From NCBI GenBank assembly GCA_002050235.1, contig MWST01000001.1, positions 4,243 to 68,242 on the forward strand: 64,000 nt of DNA. Reading direction: 5' to 3'. This DNA comes from Polyangiaceae bacterium UTPRO1. GTDB lineage: Bacteria; Desulfobacterota; Binatia; UTPRO1. Under the pieces are notes generated by a model that was not told the DNA's origin, made no database searches, and saw nothing but the letters and a program-made list of their open reading frames with translations. This document shows, one piece after another, positions 26,294-33,892 of the stretch. A program made the position numbers and the translations under genes. Position 1 is the first letter of the stretch, and each line of letters begins with the position of its first letter.

Positions 26294-26730
26294 TCGCGGG
26301 TCTCGTCGGAGCGCTGGCGAGCGCCGCGGCAGCAGCCGACGATCCCGGCGTGAAGGTGTTCATCGAGAAGCGGTGCTACACGTGTCATACGGTGGCGTCG
26401 CATGCGGCCGAGATCGAGAAACAGAAGGCCGCTTTCATCAAAGCGAGCGGCGCCGAAGCGGATGAAGAGGGCGAGGACGAGAAGGATAGCAAGGGTGGCG
26501 ATCTCTCCGACGTCGGTGCGAAGCGCACTGCCGCCTGGGTGGACGAGATCCTGAAGAACCCGAAGCCGAGCTTCAAAGATACTCCGGAGTGCCAGCGCCT
26601 GGCGAAACAGAAGGATCGGAAGAAGTTCAAGGGCACGCCCGAAGAGCTGACGGCGCTCGAGAAGTTCTTGGGCAGCCTGAAGGGAGAGGCGAAGCAGGCT
26701 GCGGGCTTCACCTCCTGCCTGAAGGACTAG
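26257..26730 (+). CDS. Monoheme c-type cytochrome with Lys/Glu-rich region
   Basis: ATG at 26257 is preceded by GGAGGGA. Signal peptide MERTHSGLAVLVVAGLVGALASAAAA and a single CYTCH. The charged segment EADEEGEDEKDSKGGD is followed by AAWVDEILKNPK, which resembles class I cytochrome c. It overlaps the tetraheme gene by 37 nt in another frame. Confidence 0.7.
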   Translation: MERTHSGLAVLVVAGLVGALASAAAAADDPGVKVFIEKRCYTCHTVASHAAEIEKQKAAFIKASGAEADEEGEDEKDSKGGDLSDVGAKRTAAWVDEILKNPKPSFKDTPECQRLAKQKDRKKFKGTPEELTALEKFLGSLKGEAKQAAGFTSCLKD

Positions 26731-26737
26731 TCGGCAG

Positions 26738-27415
26738 ATGACGTGGGACTGGTTGCCGCTCCTCCTCGTCGGCGCCGACGCCGGCGGGGAGGCCGCGGAA
26801 CCCGGACTCGCAACGCTGCGCATCGGCGCGGGAGCTCTCTGCGTTCTGGCGATGGCGCTGGTCGCGTACGGCACGCTCTGGCGCCGCGACGGCGTTAGCC
26901 CCGGGGCCCGCGTCGCCATGATGATCGGCTTCCTCGTGCTCTCGCCGCTCGCCTACGTGGTGAACGCGGGCCTGGCGATTACGGACGCCAAGCCCGTCGC
27001 ATTCTGCAACTCGTGCCACGTCATGGAGGCGTACGTCGCCGATCTGCATGATCCCGACAGCGAGCACCTGGCGGCGCAGCACTACCAGTTCCGCTGGATC
27101 GCCGAGAACCAGTGCTACACCTGCCACTCCGACTACGGGCTCTTCGGCGACTTCCAGGCGAAGATCGCCGGACTCAGGCACGTCTGGCACAACACCATCG
27201 GCGACTACGAAGTGCCGTTGAAGATCCGCGGCACCTACAACAACCAGCGCTGCCTCTTCTGCCACGGCCCCGTGCGCTCGTACCGCGAGGTGCCGGAGCA
27301 CGAGAAGAACGCGGCGCGGATCGCGACCAGCGAGATGTCGTGCATCGGCGGCAGCTGCCACGTGTCGCCGCATCCGAAGGCCGCGGCGAAGGCGGAGTCG
27401 GCGCATGCTTCCTGA
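26738..27415 (+). CDS. NapC/NirT/NrfH-family-like membrane-anchored multiheme quinol dehydrogenase
   Basis: Two N-terminal hydrophobic helices. Heme motifs are CNSCHVM (a CXXCHXM signature as in NrfH heme 1), CYTCHSDYGLFGDFQAKIAGLRHVWHN (NapC/NirT-like), CLFCH, and a non-canonical CIGGSCH (CX4CH) at 27341-27361. Confidence 0.75.
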   Translation: MTWDWLPLLLVGADAGGEAAEPGLATLRIGAGALCVLAMALVAYGTLWRRDGVSPGARVAMMIGFLVLSPLAYVVNAGLAITDAKPVAFCNSCHVMEAYVADLHDPDSEHLAAQHYQFRWIAENQCYTCHSDYGLFGDFQAKIAGLRHVWHNTIGDYEVPLKIRGTYNNQRCLFCHGPVRSYREVPEHEKNAARIATSEMSCIGGSCHVSPHPKAAAKAESAHAS

Positions 27416-27638
27416 CGAAGGAGCGCGTGCGGCGGCCCGGAGCCGGCAACGCGTGTGGCTCGTCGCCGCCGGACTCCTGCAGATCGTAGCGATGCTGCTG
27501 GTCCTCGGCGCCCTCGTCCGTCTGACGCCGCTCACCATGACGTTCTCCGTCGGTGGCGCCGGGATACTGCTCGTCCTCGCCTGCGGTATCTACCTAGTGA
27601 ACGTCATGATGGACCTCCGCCACCGCAGCATTTTCTGA
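27405..27638 (+). CDS. Small two-helix membrane protein, last ORF of the cytochrome operon
   Basis: 77 aa with two clear hydrophobic helices (VWLVAAGLLQIVAMLLVLGALV; VGGAGILLVLACGIYLVNVMM). G/C dominates the third codon positions, as in the neighbouring genes. It overlaps the preceding gene by 11 nt. No recognisable family. Confidence 0.45.
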   Translation: MLPDEGARAAARSRQRVWLVAAGLLQIVAMLLVLGALVRLTPLTMTFSVGGAGILLVLACGIYLVNVMMDLRHRSIF

Positions 27639-29129
27639 CGGCCCTACTTGAGGCTGACGTTGCGGCTGTAGGTGGCCGCTACGAGGCGCTGCGAATGCGG
27701 TCGCCTGCCCAGGCCCGAGCTCCGGAGCGGCTGTCTGCATCCGGCGCGTGCGCAAAATCGCCTCGCTGGCGGCGAAGCGCGAGTCCACGAGTGGGCTCGG
27801 TGCCACCCCGAAGGCCACCAGCACCAGAATGAGGGCGCCGAACGTCCAAGTCTCGCGCGGCTGCAGCTCGAGCGACAGCGCTGACGGTACCGGCGGATCC
27901 GGTCGTCCGCAGAACAAGGCGAAGTACATGCGCAGGACGGCGAGGCCGGTCAGCGCCGCCGCGATCACTACGGCAAAACCCATGAAGGGGAAGAGATCGA
28001 TGGCGCCGTCGACGAGGAGCTCCTGCCCCGTGAAGCCCATCGTTCCCGGAAATCCGGTGCATGCAAGGCCGGTGAGCAGGAACGCGATCGCGAGCAGCGG
28101 CATGCGCCGGTAGCCGCCGTGGTATGTCGCCAGGTCCAGACGGCCGCGACGCGATTCGAGCACGAGCACCGAGCGTGCCAGGCCGGCGAACGCCAGCCCT
28201 GCCGACAGCCATACGAGTAGACCGCCGGCGAGCGCGCTCGCGCTCGTGCAGTCGAGACCGGCCATCACCAGTGCCGACTGGCTCACGAACAGGTATCCGC
28301 AGGCTCGGCGTGCGCTTGTTTGAGCCAATGCGAGGGCCGCGCCGTAAACGGCGGTGCCGAGCGCCAACGTGGCGATCGTCCGCAACAACGCCGGGGAGGC
28401 GTGCGGCACGATGAGCACGACGGTGATGTATGCTCCCAGTTGCGGAGCAGTGAACAGGATCGCAGGACCGAGCCGCCCGCGATCGAATACTTCCGGCACC
28501 CAGGCGTGAAACGGCAGAATGCCCTTGCGCGCCAATGCTCCTCCTGCCATGAGCCAGAGCCCGAGCGTTTCGGCGCCGGTGCCGCGCGCGCTCGGAGCCG
28601 TCACGAGCATCACGCCGACCGCGAACAATACTGTGGAAGCGCCGAGATAGGCTGCCGCGACCCGGCGCACGCGCCGGTGTGCCGGGGCAGCGAGTGCCGC
28701 GAGCAGCGTCCACACCGAGGCCGTCGCCAGTACTACCAGCGCAACCGCGCTTTCGGTCAGGAACGACGCGAATGTGATCAACGTGGCGAGCGCCGTACGC
28801 CGGAGGCCGCTTCGGTCGAGTGCCGCGCGCGGCGTCACGCCGACGGTGAGAAGCCATAATCCTGCGGCGAACGGCAGCAACGCCGCCGAGAACGAGTCGA
28901 TGCGCAGGATCGATTCGTTGCCGGCGCGCCAGGCTAGCGCCGTGGTCGGAATCGAAAAAGTGCGCAATCGCGGCGAGAACGCAGCCCCTAGCGCGATCGC
29001 CGTCATTATCGATGCGGCTCCGACCGCCAGCGAGCGCAGCCGCTCGACGTCGAGGCGCACGTACGACACGACAATGACGGTCGCGGGGCATGCGGCGAGC
29101 GCGGCCAGCCAGAGCGGGGCGCTAGTCAT
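27594..29129 (-). CDS. Second proton-conducting antiporter-like membrane subunit (NuoM/NuoN/MnhD-like, PF00361-type) of the DAB-like operon
   Basis: 511 aa, polytopic, with a divergent version of the K..P.H.W.P motif (ARKGILPFHAWVPEVFDRG) and a TM-embedded Glu (FLTESAV). An 8-nt overlap with the upstream gene suggests translational coupling. The C-terminal ~45 aa are low complexity. Confidence 0.7.
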   Translation of the reverse strand: MTSAPLWLAALAACPATVIVVSYVRLDVERLRSLAVGAASIMTAIALGAAFSPRLRTFSIPTTALAWRAGNESILRIDSFSAALLPFAAGLWLLTVGVTPRAALDRSGLRRTALATLITFASFLTESAVALVVLATASVWTLLAALAAPAHRRVRRVAAAYLGASTVLFAVGVMLVTAPSARGTGAETLGLWLMAGGALARKGILPFHAWVPEVFDRGRLGPAILFTAPQLGAYITVVLIVPHASPALLRTIATLALGTAVYGAALALAQTSARRACGYLFVSQSALVMAGLDCTSASALAGGLLVWLSAGLAFAGLARSVLVLESRRGRLDLATYHGGYRRMPLLAIAFLLTGLACTGFPGTMGFTGQELLVDGAIDLFPFMGFAVVIAAALTGLAVLRMYFALFCGRPDPPVPSALSLELQPRETWTFGALILVLVAFGVAPSPLVDSRFAASEAILRTRRMQTAAPELGPGQATAFAAPRSGHLQPQRQPQVGPSENAAVAEVHHDVH

Positions 29130-30483
29130 CGTGCCCGTCGCTCCCGTCGTCCGGCGGCGCCGGCGAGGCGCCTGCCGCCGCGGCGCACAGCCTCTGGTCG
29201 AGAATCGTCAAGCGTCGCGTGAGCGTCGTGAATGGAGCGACGACGAGGCGGTCGAGCCAGCTATCGAGGAATCCGCGCTCGAGCGCGAACAGGTACAGCC
29301 CCAGCTGGGCGCGACGCGGGGCCAGCGCTTCGATGTAGCCGCGCGCCGGTGTCGGGCGTCCGCCCAGCGCATCCTCCATCCCGTGCAGGTCGTGCAAGAC
29401 GTTCGGTGCGCTCAGAAATTGCAGTAGCCGGAAGCACGCGTGTCCCGAGAGGTGCAGGAAGGCGATCGTGCTCCAGCCGAGCGCGATTTCGACGACGATG
29501 ATCCCGACCTGCGTCAGCGCCGCGTATGCCAACGACGACTTGACGTCGCTCTGCACGCGCGTAGCCATCGCGGCGAAGACGGCCGTGCTTGCGCCGGCAG
29601 CGCCGGCCAGCAGGCGCGCGGCCATCGCCTGCTCGAACAGCGGCCCCGCTCGCAGCAGCAGGAAGCAGCCGGCATGAATGGACAACGATCCGTAGTATAC
29701 GGCACTCGATGGAGTTGGTCCCTCCATCGCTCGGGGTAGCCAGCCCGAAAACGGCAGCAGGGCGCTCTTGCCGGCTACGGCGACGATGATGAGGACGGCG
29801 ATCGAGGTCACCTTGACCGGTGTGAGACCTGCCAGCGACAGCGCCGGCGCGCCGCTGAACAACAACTCCAGACTATCGCTGCCGGCGACGTGCCGGAGCA
29901 GTACCGCCGCTGACAGTAGCGCCGCATCGCTCACGCGGTATATGGCGAGTACGCGCAGCGCATTCGATACCGGCGCCGGTCGCTCGTGAAAGAACCCGAC
30001 GAGCAGCGCCGAGCTGAGCCCGACGAGCTCCCAGCCGACGAACAGCACTTCGACATTGCCGGCGAGGGCGACAAGCAGCATGCCGGTCGAGAGCATCGCG
30101 AGCAGGACGAAGTAGCGGTTGTAGCCGGGTTCGCAGTGCAGGTAGCGGTTCGAGAAGGCCGCGACGATGCCGAGGATGGCGGCCGACAGTGCCGCAAAGG
30201 CGAGCGACATCCGGTCGACCAGGAACTCGAGGCCAATGGCGTGGCTGTACGAGCCGGACCAGGCACCGTATGACAAGAGGCGCAGCTCTGCCGGCGTCGA
30301 TTCGTGGATGGCGAACGCGATGCAGAGGGCCGTGCACGCCAGGAGCATCGCGGTACCCGTCAGGAACGCAGTCCAGCGTTCAGTGAGCGGTCGCCCCGCG
30401 ACCGAGGCCGCGCCGAGCAGCGCGAACAGGCCGACTGGGGCGGCGACTGCCGTCAGCACGAGTGCCGCGAGCGCGCCGCTCAT
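29122..30483 (-). CDS. dabB: DabB-like proton-conducting membrane subunit (NuoL/MnhA-like, PF00361-type)
   Basis: 453 aa, polytopic, with NuoL-type signatures VLFVGWELVGLSSALLVGF and AGKSALLPFSGWLPRAMEGPTPSSA. A 4-nt overlap with the upstream DUF2309 gene. Confidence 0.75.
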   Translation of the reverse strand: MSGALAALVLTAVAAPVGLFALLGAASVAGRPLTERWTAFLTGTAMLLACTALCIAFAIHESTPAELRLLSYGAWSGSYSHAIGLEFLVDRMSLAFAALSAAILGIVAAFSNRYLHCEPGYNRYFVLLAMLSTGMLLVALAGNVEVLFVGWELVGLSSALLVGFFHERPAPVSNALRVLAIYRVSDAALLSAAVLLRHVAGSDSLELLFSGAPALSLAGLTPVKVTSIAVLIIVAVAGKSALLPFSGWLPRAMEGPTPSSAVYYGSLSIHAGCFLLLRAGPLFEQAMAARLLAGAAGASTAVFAAMATRVQSDVKSSLAYAALTQVGIIVVEIALGWSTIAFLHLSGHACFRLLQFLSAPNVLHDLHGMEDALGGRPTPARGYIEALAPRRAQLGLYLFALERGFLDSWLDRLVVAPFTTLTRRLTILDQRLCAAAAGASPAPPDDGSDGHDD

Positions 30484-33479
30484 ATTGCCCGCTTCGCGCC
30501 GGAGATCGCCGCCGGTGGTACGAACCCGTGTTTGCCTTCGTACCAGACGGCCGAAACCCCTTCGATCCGGGGAAGCGCATGCTGCGCGTTATGCTGCACG
30601 AAGCCGTGCGTGCGCAGTTCCCAGAGAGACCCCGACTCCGGATCGAGCGCCGCGATCCAGAGCCAGCGGTGGCGTACGAGACGTTCGATCGCGGGAGTCT
30701 GCGATATCGCATCCCGCACGCGGTGACAGGGCGCCTCGATGACGATCGCGAGCCGGACCGGCTCGTGGATCTCGACCATCTGCCAGGGCAGACCGGTGCG
30801 CAGATCGCTCTGGGCACCGTCCATGACGCCCAACAGCGCCGTGACATTGTGCGGCAGCTTCGTGCCGGCGCCGTAACCTGACGGATCGACGTAGCTGAAA
30901 TAGTATTCGAGGTTGATGCCGGCTACGACCGGTCCCGTCGCGGCGATGATGCGCGTCAGAATCGCGCCGTCTGCGTCGAGCTCCGGATCGTACGAGACGA
31001 GAAACGCACGGCGGTCGAGAAACAGGCCGCGAGTCCGCGTCCGGCGCCCGATCACGCAGAAGGCGTTGGTAGCGTGACCGTACTCCGGCCGCGGCTGCGC
31101 GAGATCCGCAGCGCGACCTTCGACGTGGGCGAGCGCCGCGAGCGGCGGATACCAGCGAGGTACATCGAAGCGGCGGCAGCGCTCGTGCGCTTCGTTCCGG
31201 CGTGCGGCATCCACGGCCGACTTGGCGCGCGCGAAGTCCGCCTGCCGGGAGAGCGGCACCAGATCCTCGTCGAAGAAAGTGACCTCGTTGTTGCACGTGT
31301 TCCGCTGCGCTCCGACGAACCAGGTGTCGTCGTCGACTATCACTCCTTGGCTGGCCAGCCGGGTGCGTACGCGCAGATCGTTGGCCATCTGCGCGAACGC
31401 CCGAGCGTTGGGGCCGCCCCTACCGCCGCCGCAGGCGCCGCAGTCGTGCGCCGACTCGTGCGGATTGTTCAGGCTGATCGACCCGTGTCCGACCACTAGG
31501 ACGAGCGGTGATAGCCGTCCGTTGAGACCGACATCTTCGAGCAGCCGGCGCACGATCGCAGCTTGCTCGGCGACGGTGAATCCCGTGTAGGCGCCCGCCG
31601 GCGGCTGCCGCTCGTCGCGATCCAGTTGAAGGCGCGTGGACGGCACGATCGTCGTGTCGCGGGCCCGAACCCATCGCGAGGTCAGCCATGGGAAGACGAC
31701 ACGGAGGATGAGCGGTACGAGGGCCAGCCAGCCGAGCGTCGCCATCAATAACGCTCCGCGAACCGGCAGCCGGCTGCCGATGTGGACGTTGTAGCCGAGA
31801 AAGCCCGTCGCGCGGCGATGAAGGTGGCGCGTACGGCGCACGAGGCGGTCGGCGCCGGGCTCGATCTCCGCGACGTAGTGCTCGGGTCGGATCGCTGCCG
31901 GGCAGAGCGGTCGCGGGTGGGCGTCGACCACGCCTTGGTGGTACATCGCCACGCCGAAGAAGCCTGCGGTGCTGAAGGTTTCGCACGCCGAGTCAGCCTC
32001 TTCGAGATGGCGGCGAAACGATTCTTCGCGCTCGTCGAGACAGAACACGGCCTGGAAGGCCGGTGTTGTAGCCGCCGGCCGCGGGGCGTGCTGTATCAGC
32101 GCGTCGTAGAGCCGATGCCGGATCGTGCGCTCGAAAGCCTGATGCAGAAGCCGCCGGCGCCGGATGTGGTCCATTTCCGAGAGCTCAGTCTCGAGTGCGG
32201 CGATGTCGCCGACCGTCCACCGATCGACGAGCGCCGCCTCGATGCCGCAGAGCTGCGCGAGATGGAAGAGCGGCCAAGCGCGCTCCTCGACCGTCGGCGG
32301 CGAAGCCGGAGAAAACTCCCGGCAGAGCCGTATCCGTAGATCCGCCGGTGTGCTCCCGGTGCCCGTCTGGCGGACGGCGTACTCGAGCGCCGCGCGTCCG
32401 AGTAACAGCCGTACCGCGAGGTAATCGCCGAGCGTGGCGTCGACGCTGCGCGCCGGCACGCGATCGGGACGCTCCTCGATTTGCCGTACGATGCCGGCCC
32501 AGCCGCGTAGCGCCAAGATCTCCGCTGCCAGGTACGCAGCGGTTTCTCCCTCGCTCACGCCGAGGACATGGAGCGAGTGCGCGAGCGATTCGAGCGGGCG
32601 CCGCTGCGCTGCTCGGTCTTCGGCCGCAATCGACGGCAGCGTCCGTGCCCACGCTCCGCATTGGGAAGCGAGCGGCGCGCCGTAGATCTCGAGAAAACAG
32701 CGGTGAAGCCCGAGTGCTCGATCCGGCATCGCCCAGTGGGCGATGCCCTGATCGAGATAGCCAGCCAGAAACCGTATCAGCGGCGGGTGGATCCACGCGT
32801 CGATGTCGATGCCGCGAACGATCTGCAGCCAGTCGTGATGGCGTACGGGCTGCGGGGCGGCGGGGGGCGGCGACGGGAGTGCGCGGCCCGCTGCGGCGAT
32901 GCAAGCCCGCCAGAGCCGGCGCACGTTTCGGCACTCGCCGCGCTCGCCCTCGGGATCGCTACTGTCGCGAAGATCGGCGAAGGCGGAGCGTGCCGACGCT
33001 GGCACGTCCGCACGAAAGCGCGTCAGCGCATCGGTCTCTGCGAGCACCCAGGCGAGCTCGCGTCCGCTTGCGCTCGGAACACCGTGCAGGGCGATGGCTC
33101 GCCACAGATCGCCGCGTGGAACGCCGGCGACCTGCTCCGCTGCGCGGACGCCGAGCTGTTCGTCGATGAGCTCCGCGACATCGCGGGCGCGAATGCGGCC
33201 CGAGGCGAGCTTGTCACGATAACGAGCTTCGGAGAGGTAGGGCTCGCGACCGAGCTCGGCAGCGGCAGTCTCGACCGCCGTCTCGAACGGCAGGTCCTCG
33301 TAGGCATGCAGGGTATTGTGGTGGATGAAGATGCTGATCGGCCCCTGGGCAGGCAGTAAATGCGCGAGGCTGTCGACGACGCGGGCGAGCGAGTGCGGCG
33401 GTTCGACTGCGGCTGCGACCGCATCTCCGCAGGGCAAGAGACCATGCATGGCAGGGATCTGTCGAGCGATGAATTGCAT
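30480..33479 (-). CDS. dabA: DabA (DUF2309/PF10070, UPF0753) putative energy-coupled carbonic-anhydrase-like subunit
   Basis: 999 aa with the N-terminal family signature LLPAQGPISIFIHHNTLHAYEDLPFE. Beta-carbonic-anhydrase-like zinc-site motifs are conserved: FCLDEREESFRRHLE (CxDxR, 32028-32042) and GHGSISLNNPHESAHDCGACGG (HDCGAC, 31431-31448). Confidence 0.85.
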   Translation of the reverse strand: MQFIARQIPAMHGLLPCGDAVAAAVEPPHSLARVVDSLAHLLPAQGPISIFIHHNTLHAYEDLPFETAVETAAAELGREPYLSEARYRDKLASGRIRARDVAELIDEQLGVRAAEQVAGVPRGDLWRAIALHGVPSASGRELAWVLAETDALTRFRADVPASARSAFADLRDSSDPEGERGECRNVRRLWRACIAAAGRALPSPPPAAPQPVRHHDWLQIVRGIDIDAWIHPPLIRFLAGYLDQGIAHWAMPDRALGLHRCFLEIYGAPLASQCGAWARTLPSIAAEDRAAQRRPLESLAHSLHVLGVSEGETAAYLAAEILALRGWAGIVRQIEERPDRVPARSVDATLGDYLAVRLLLGRAALEYAVRQTGTGSTPADLRIRLCREFSPASPPTVEERAWPLFHLAQLCGIEAALVDRWTVGDIAALETELSEMDHIRRRRLLHQAFERTIRHRLYDALIQHAPRPAATTPAFQAVFCLDEREESFRRHLEEADSACETFSTAGFFGVAMYHQGVVDAHPRPLCPAAIRPEHYVAEIEPGADRLVRRTRHLHRRATGFLGYNVHIGSRLPVRGALLMATLGWLALVPLILRVVFPWLTSRWVRARDTTIVPSTRLQLDRDERQPPAGAYTGFTVAEQAAIVRRLLEDVGLNGRLSPLVLVVGHGSISLNNPHESAHDCGACGGGRGGPNARAFAQMANDLRVRTRLASQGVIVDDDTWFVGAQRNTCNNEVTFFDEDLVPLSRQADFARAKSAVDAARRNEAHERCRRFDVPRWYPPLAALAHVEGRAADLAQPRPEYGHATNAFCVIGRRTRTRGLFLDRRAFLVSYDPELDADGAILTRIIAATGPVVAGINLEYYFSYVDPSGYGAGTKLPHNVTALLGVMDGAQSDLRTGLPWQMVEIHEPVRLAIVIEAPCHRVRDAISQTPAIERLVRHRWLWIAALDPESGSLWELRTHGFVQHNAQHALPRIEGVSAVWYEGKHGFVPPAAISGAKRAI

Positions 33480-33508
33480 ATATAGCGATATAACGATACA
33501 GTAGTCCA
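33480..33508. promoter_or_regulatory. AT-rich 29-bp divergent spacer between dabA and the ArsR gene, with TATAT-N4-ATATA inverted repeat (candidate operator/-10 elements)
   Basis: The sequence a-tatatagcgatataacgatacagtagtccag is the most AT-rich stretch I saw in the window. It contains the arms TATAT/ATATA and a CGATA direct repeat. The function is inferred from its position between divergent starts only. Confidence 0.35.
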
Positions 33509-33877
33509 GTGGCGCGCGTGCGAAGACGTTCCGATTCGCCCGTCGGCGAGCTGCAGGAGTTCAAAGCGCGCTTCTTTCGCGCTCTGGCGCACCCCGTCCG
33601 CATCCGCGTTCTCGAAATCCTCGTCCACGGCGGCCGCACCGTCGGTCAACTGCAGGACGCGCTGGTGCTGGAACAACCGGTCGTCTCTCAGCAGCTCGCG
33701 ATCCTGCGCAACCAAGCCATCGTGATCGCACGCAAACAGGGACTCTCGGTCTGCTACGAGCTGCGCGATCCGTTGATCGGCGATCTCCTCGACGTTGCCC
33801 GGCGGATTTTCAGCAACCACCTCGTCGGCACGCACGGGCTGCTGCGCGAGCTGCGGCGGGAGCGGCCGCGTCGTTAG
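33509..33877 (+). CDS. ArsR/SmtB-family transcriptional regulator
   Basis: 122 aa with a winged-HTH signature (FRALAHPVRIRVLEILVHGGRTVGQLQDALVLEQPVVSQQLAILRNQAIVIARKQGLSVCYEL). Start is GTG 33509 or GTG 33518. Confidence 0.85.
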   Translation: MARVRRRSDSPVGELQEFKARFFRALAHPVRIRVLEILVHGGRTVGQLQDALVLEQPVVSQQLAILRNQAIVIARKQGLSVCYELRDPLIGDLLDVARRIFSNHLVGTHGLLRELRRERPRR

Positions 33878-33892
33878 GCGCTCGCCGGGCCT

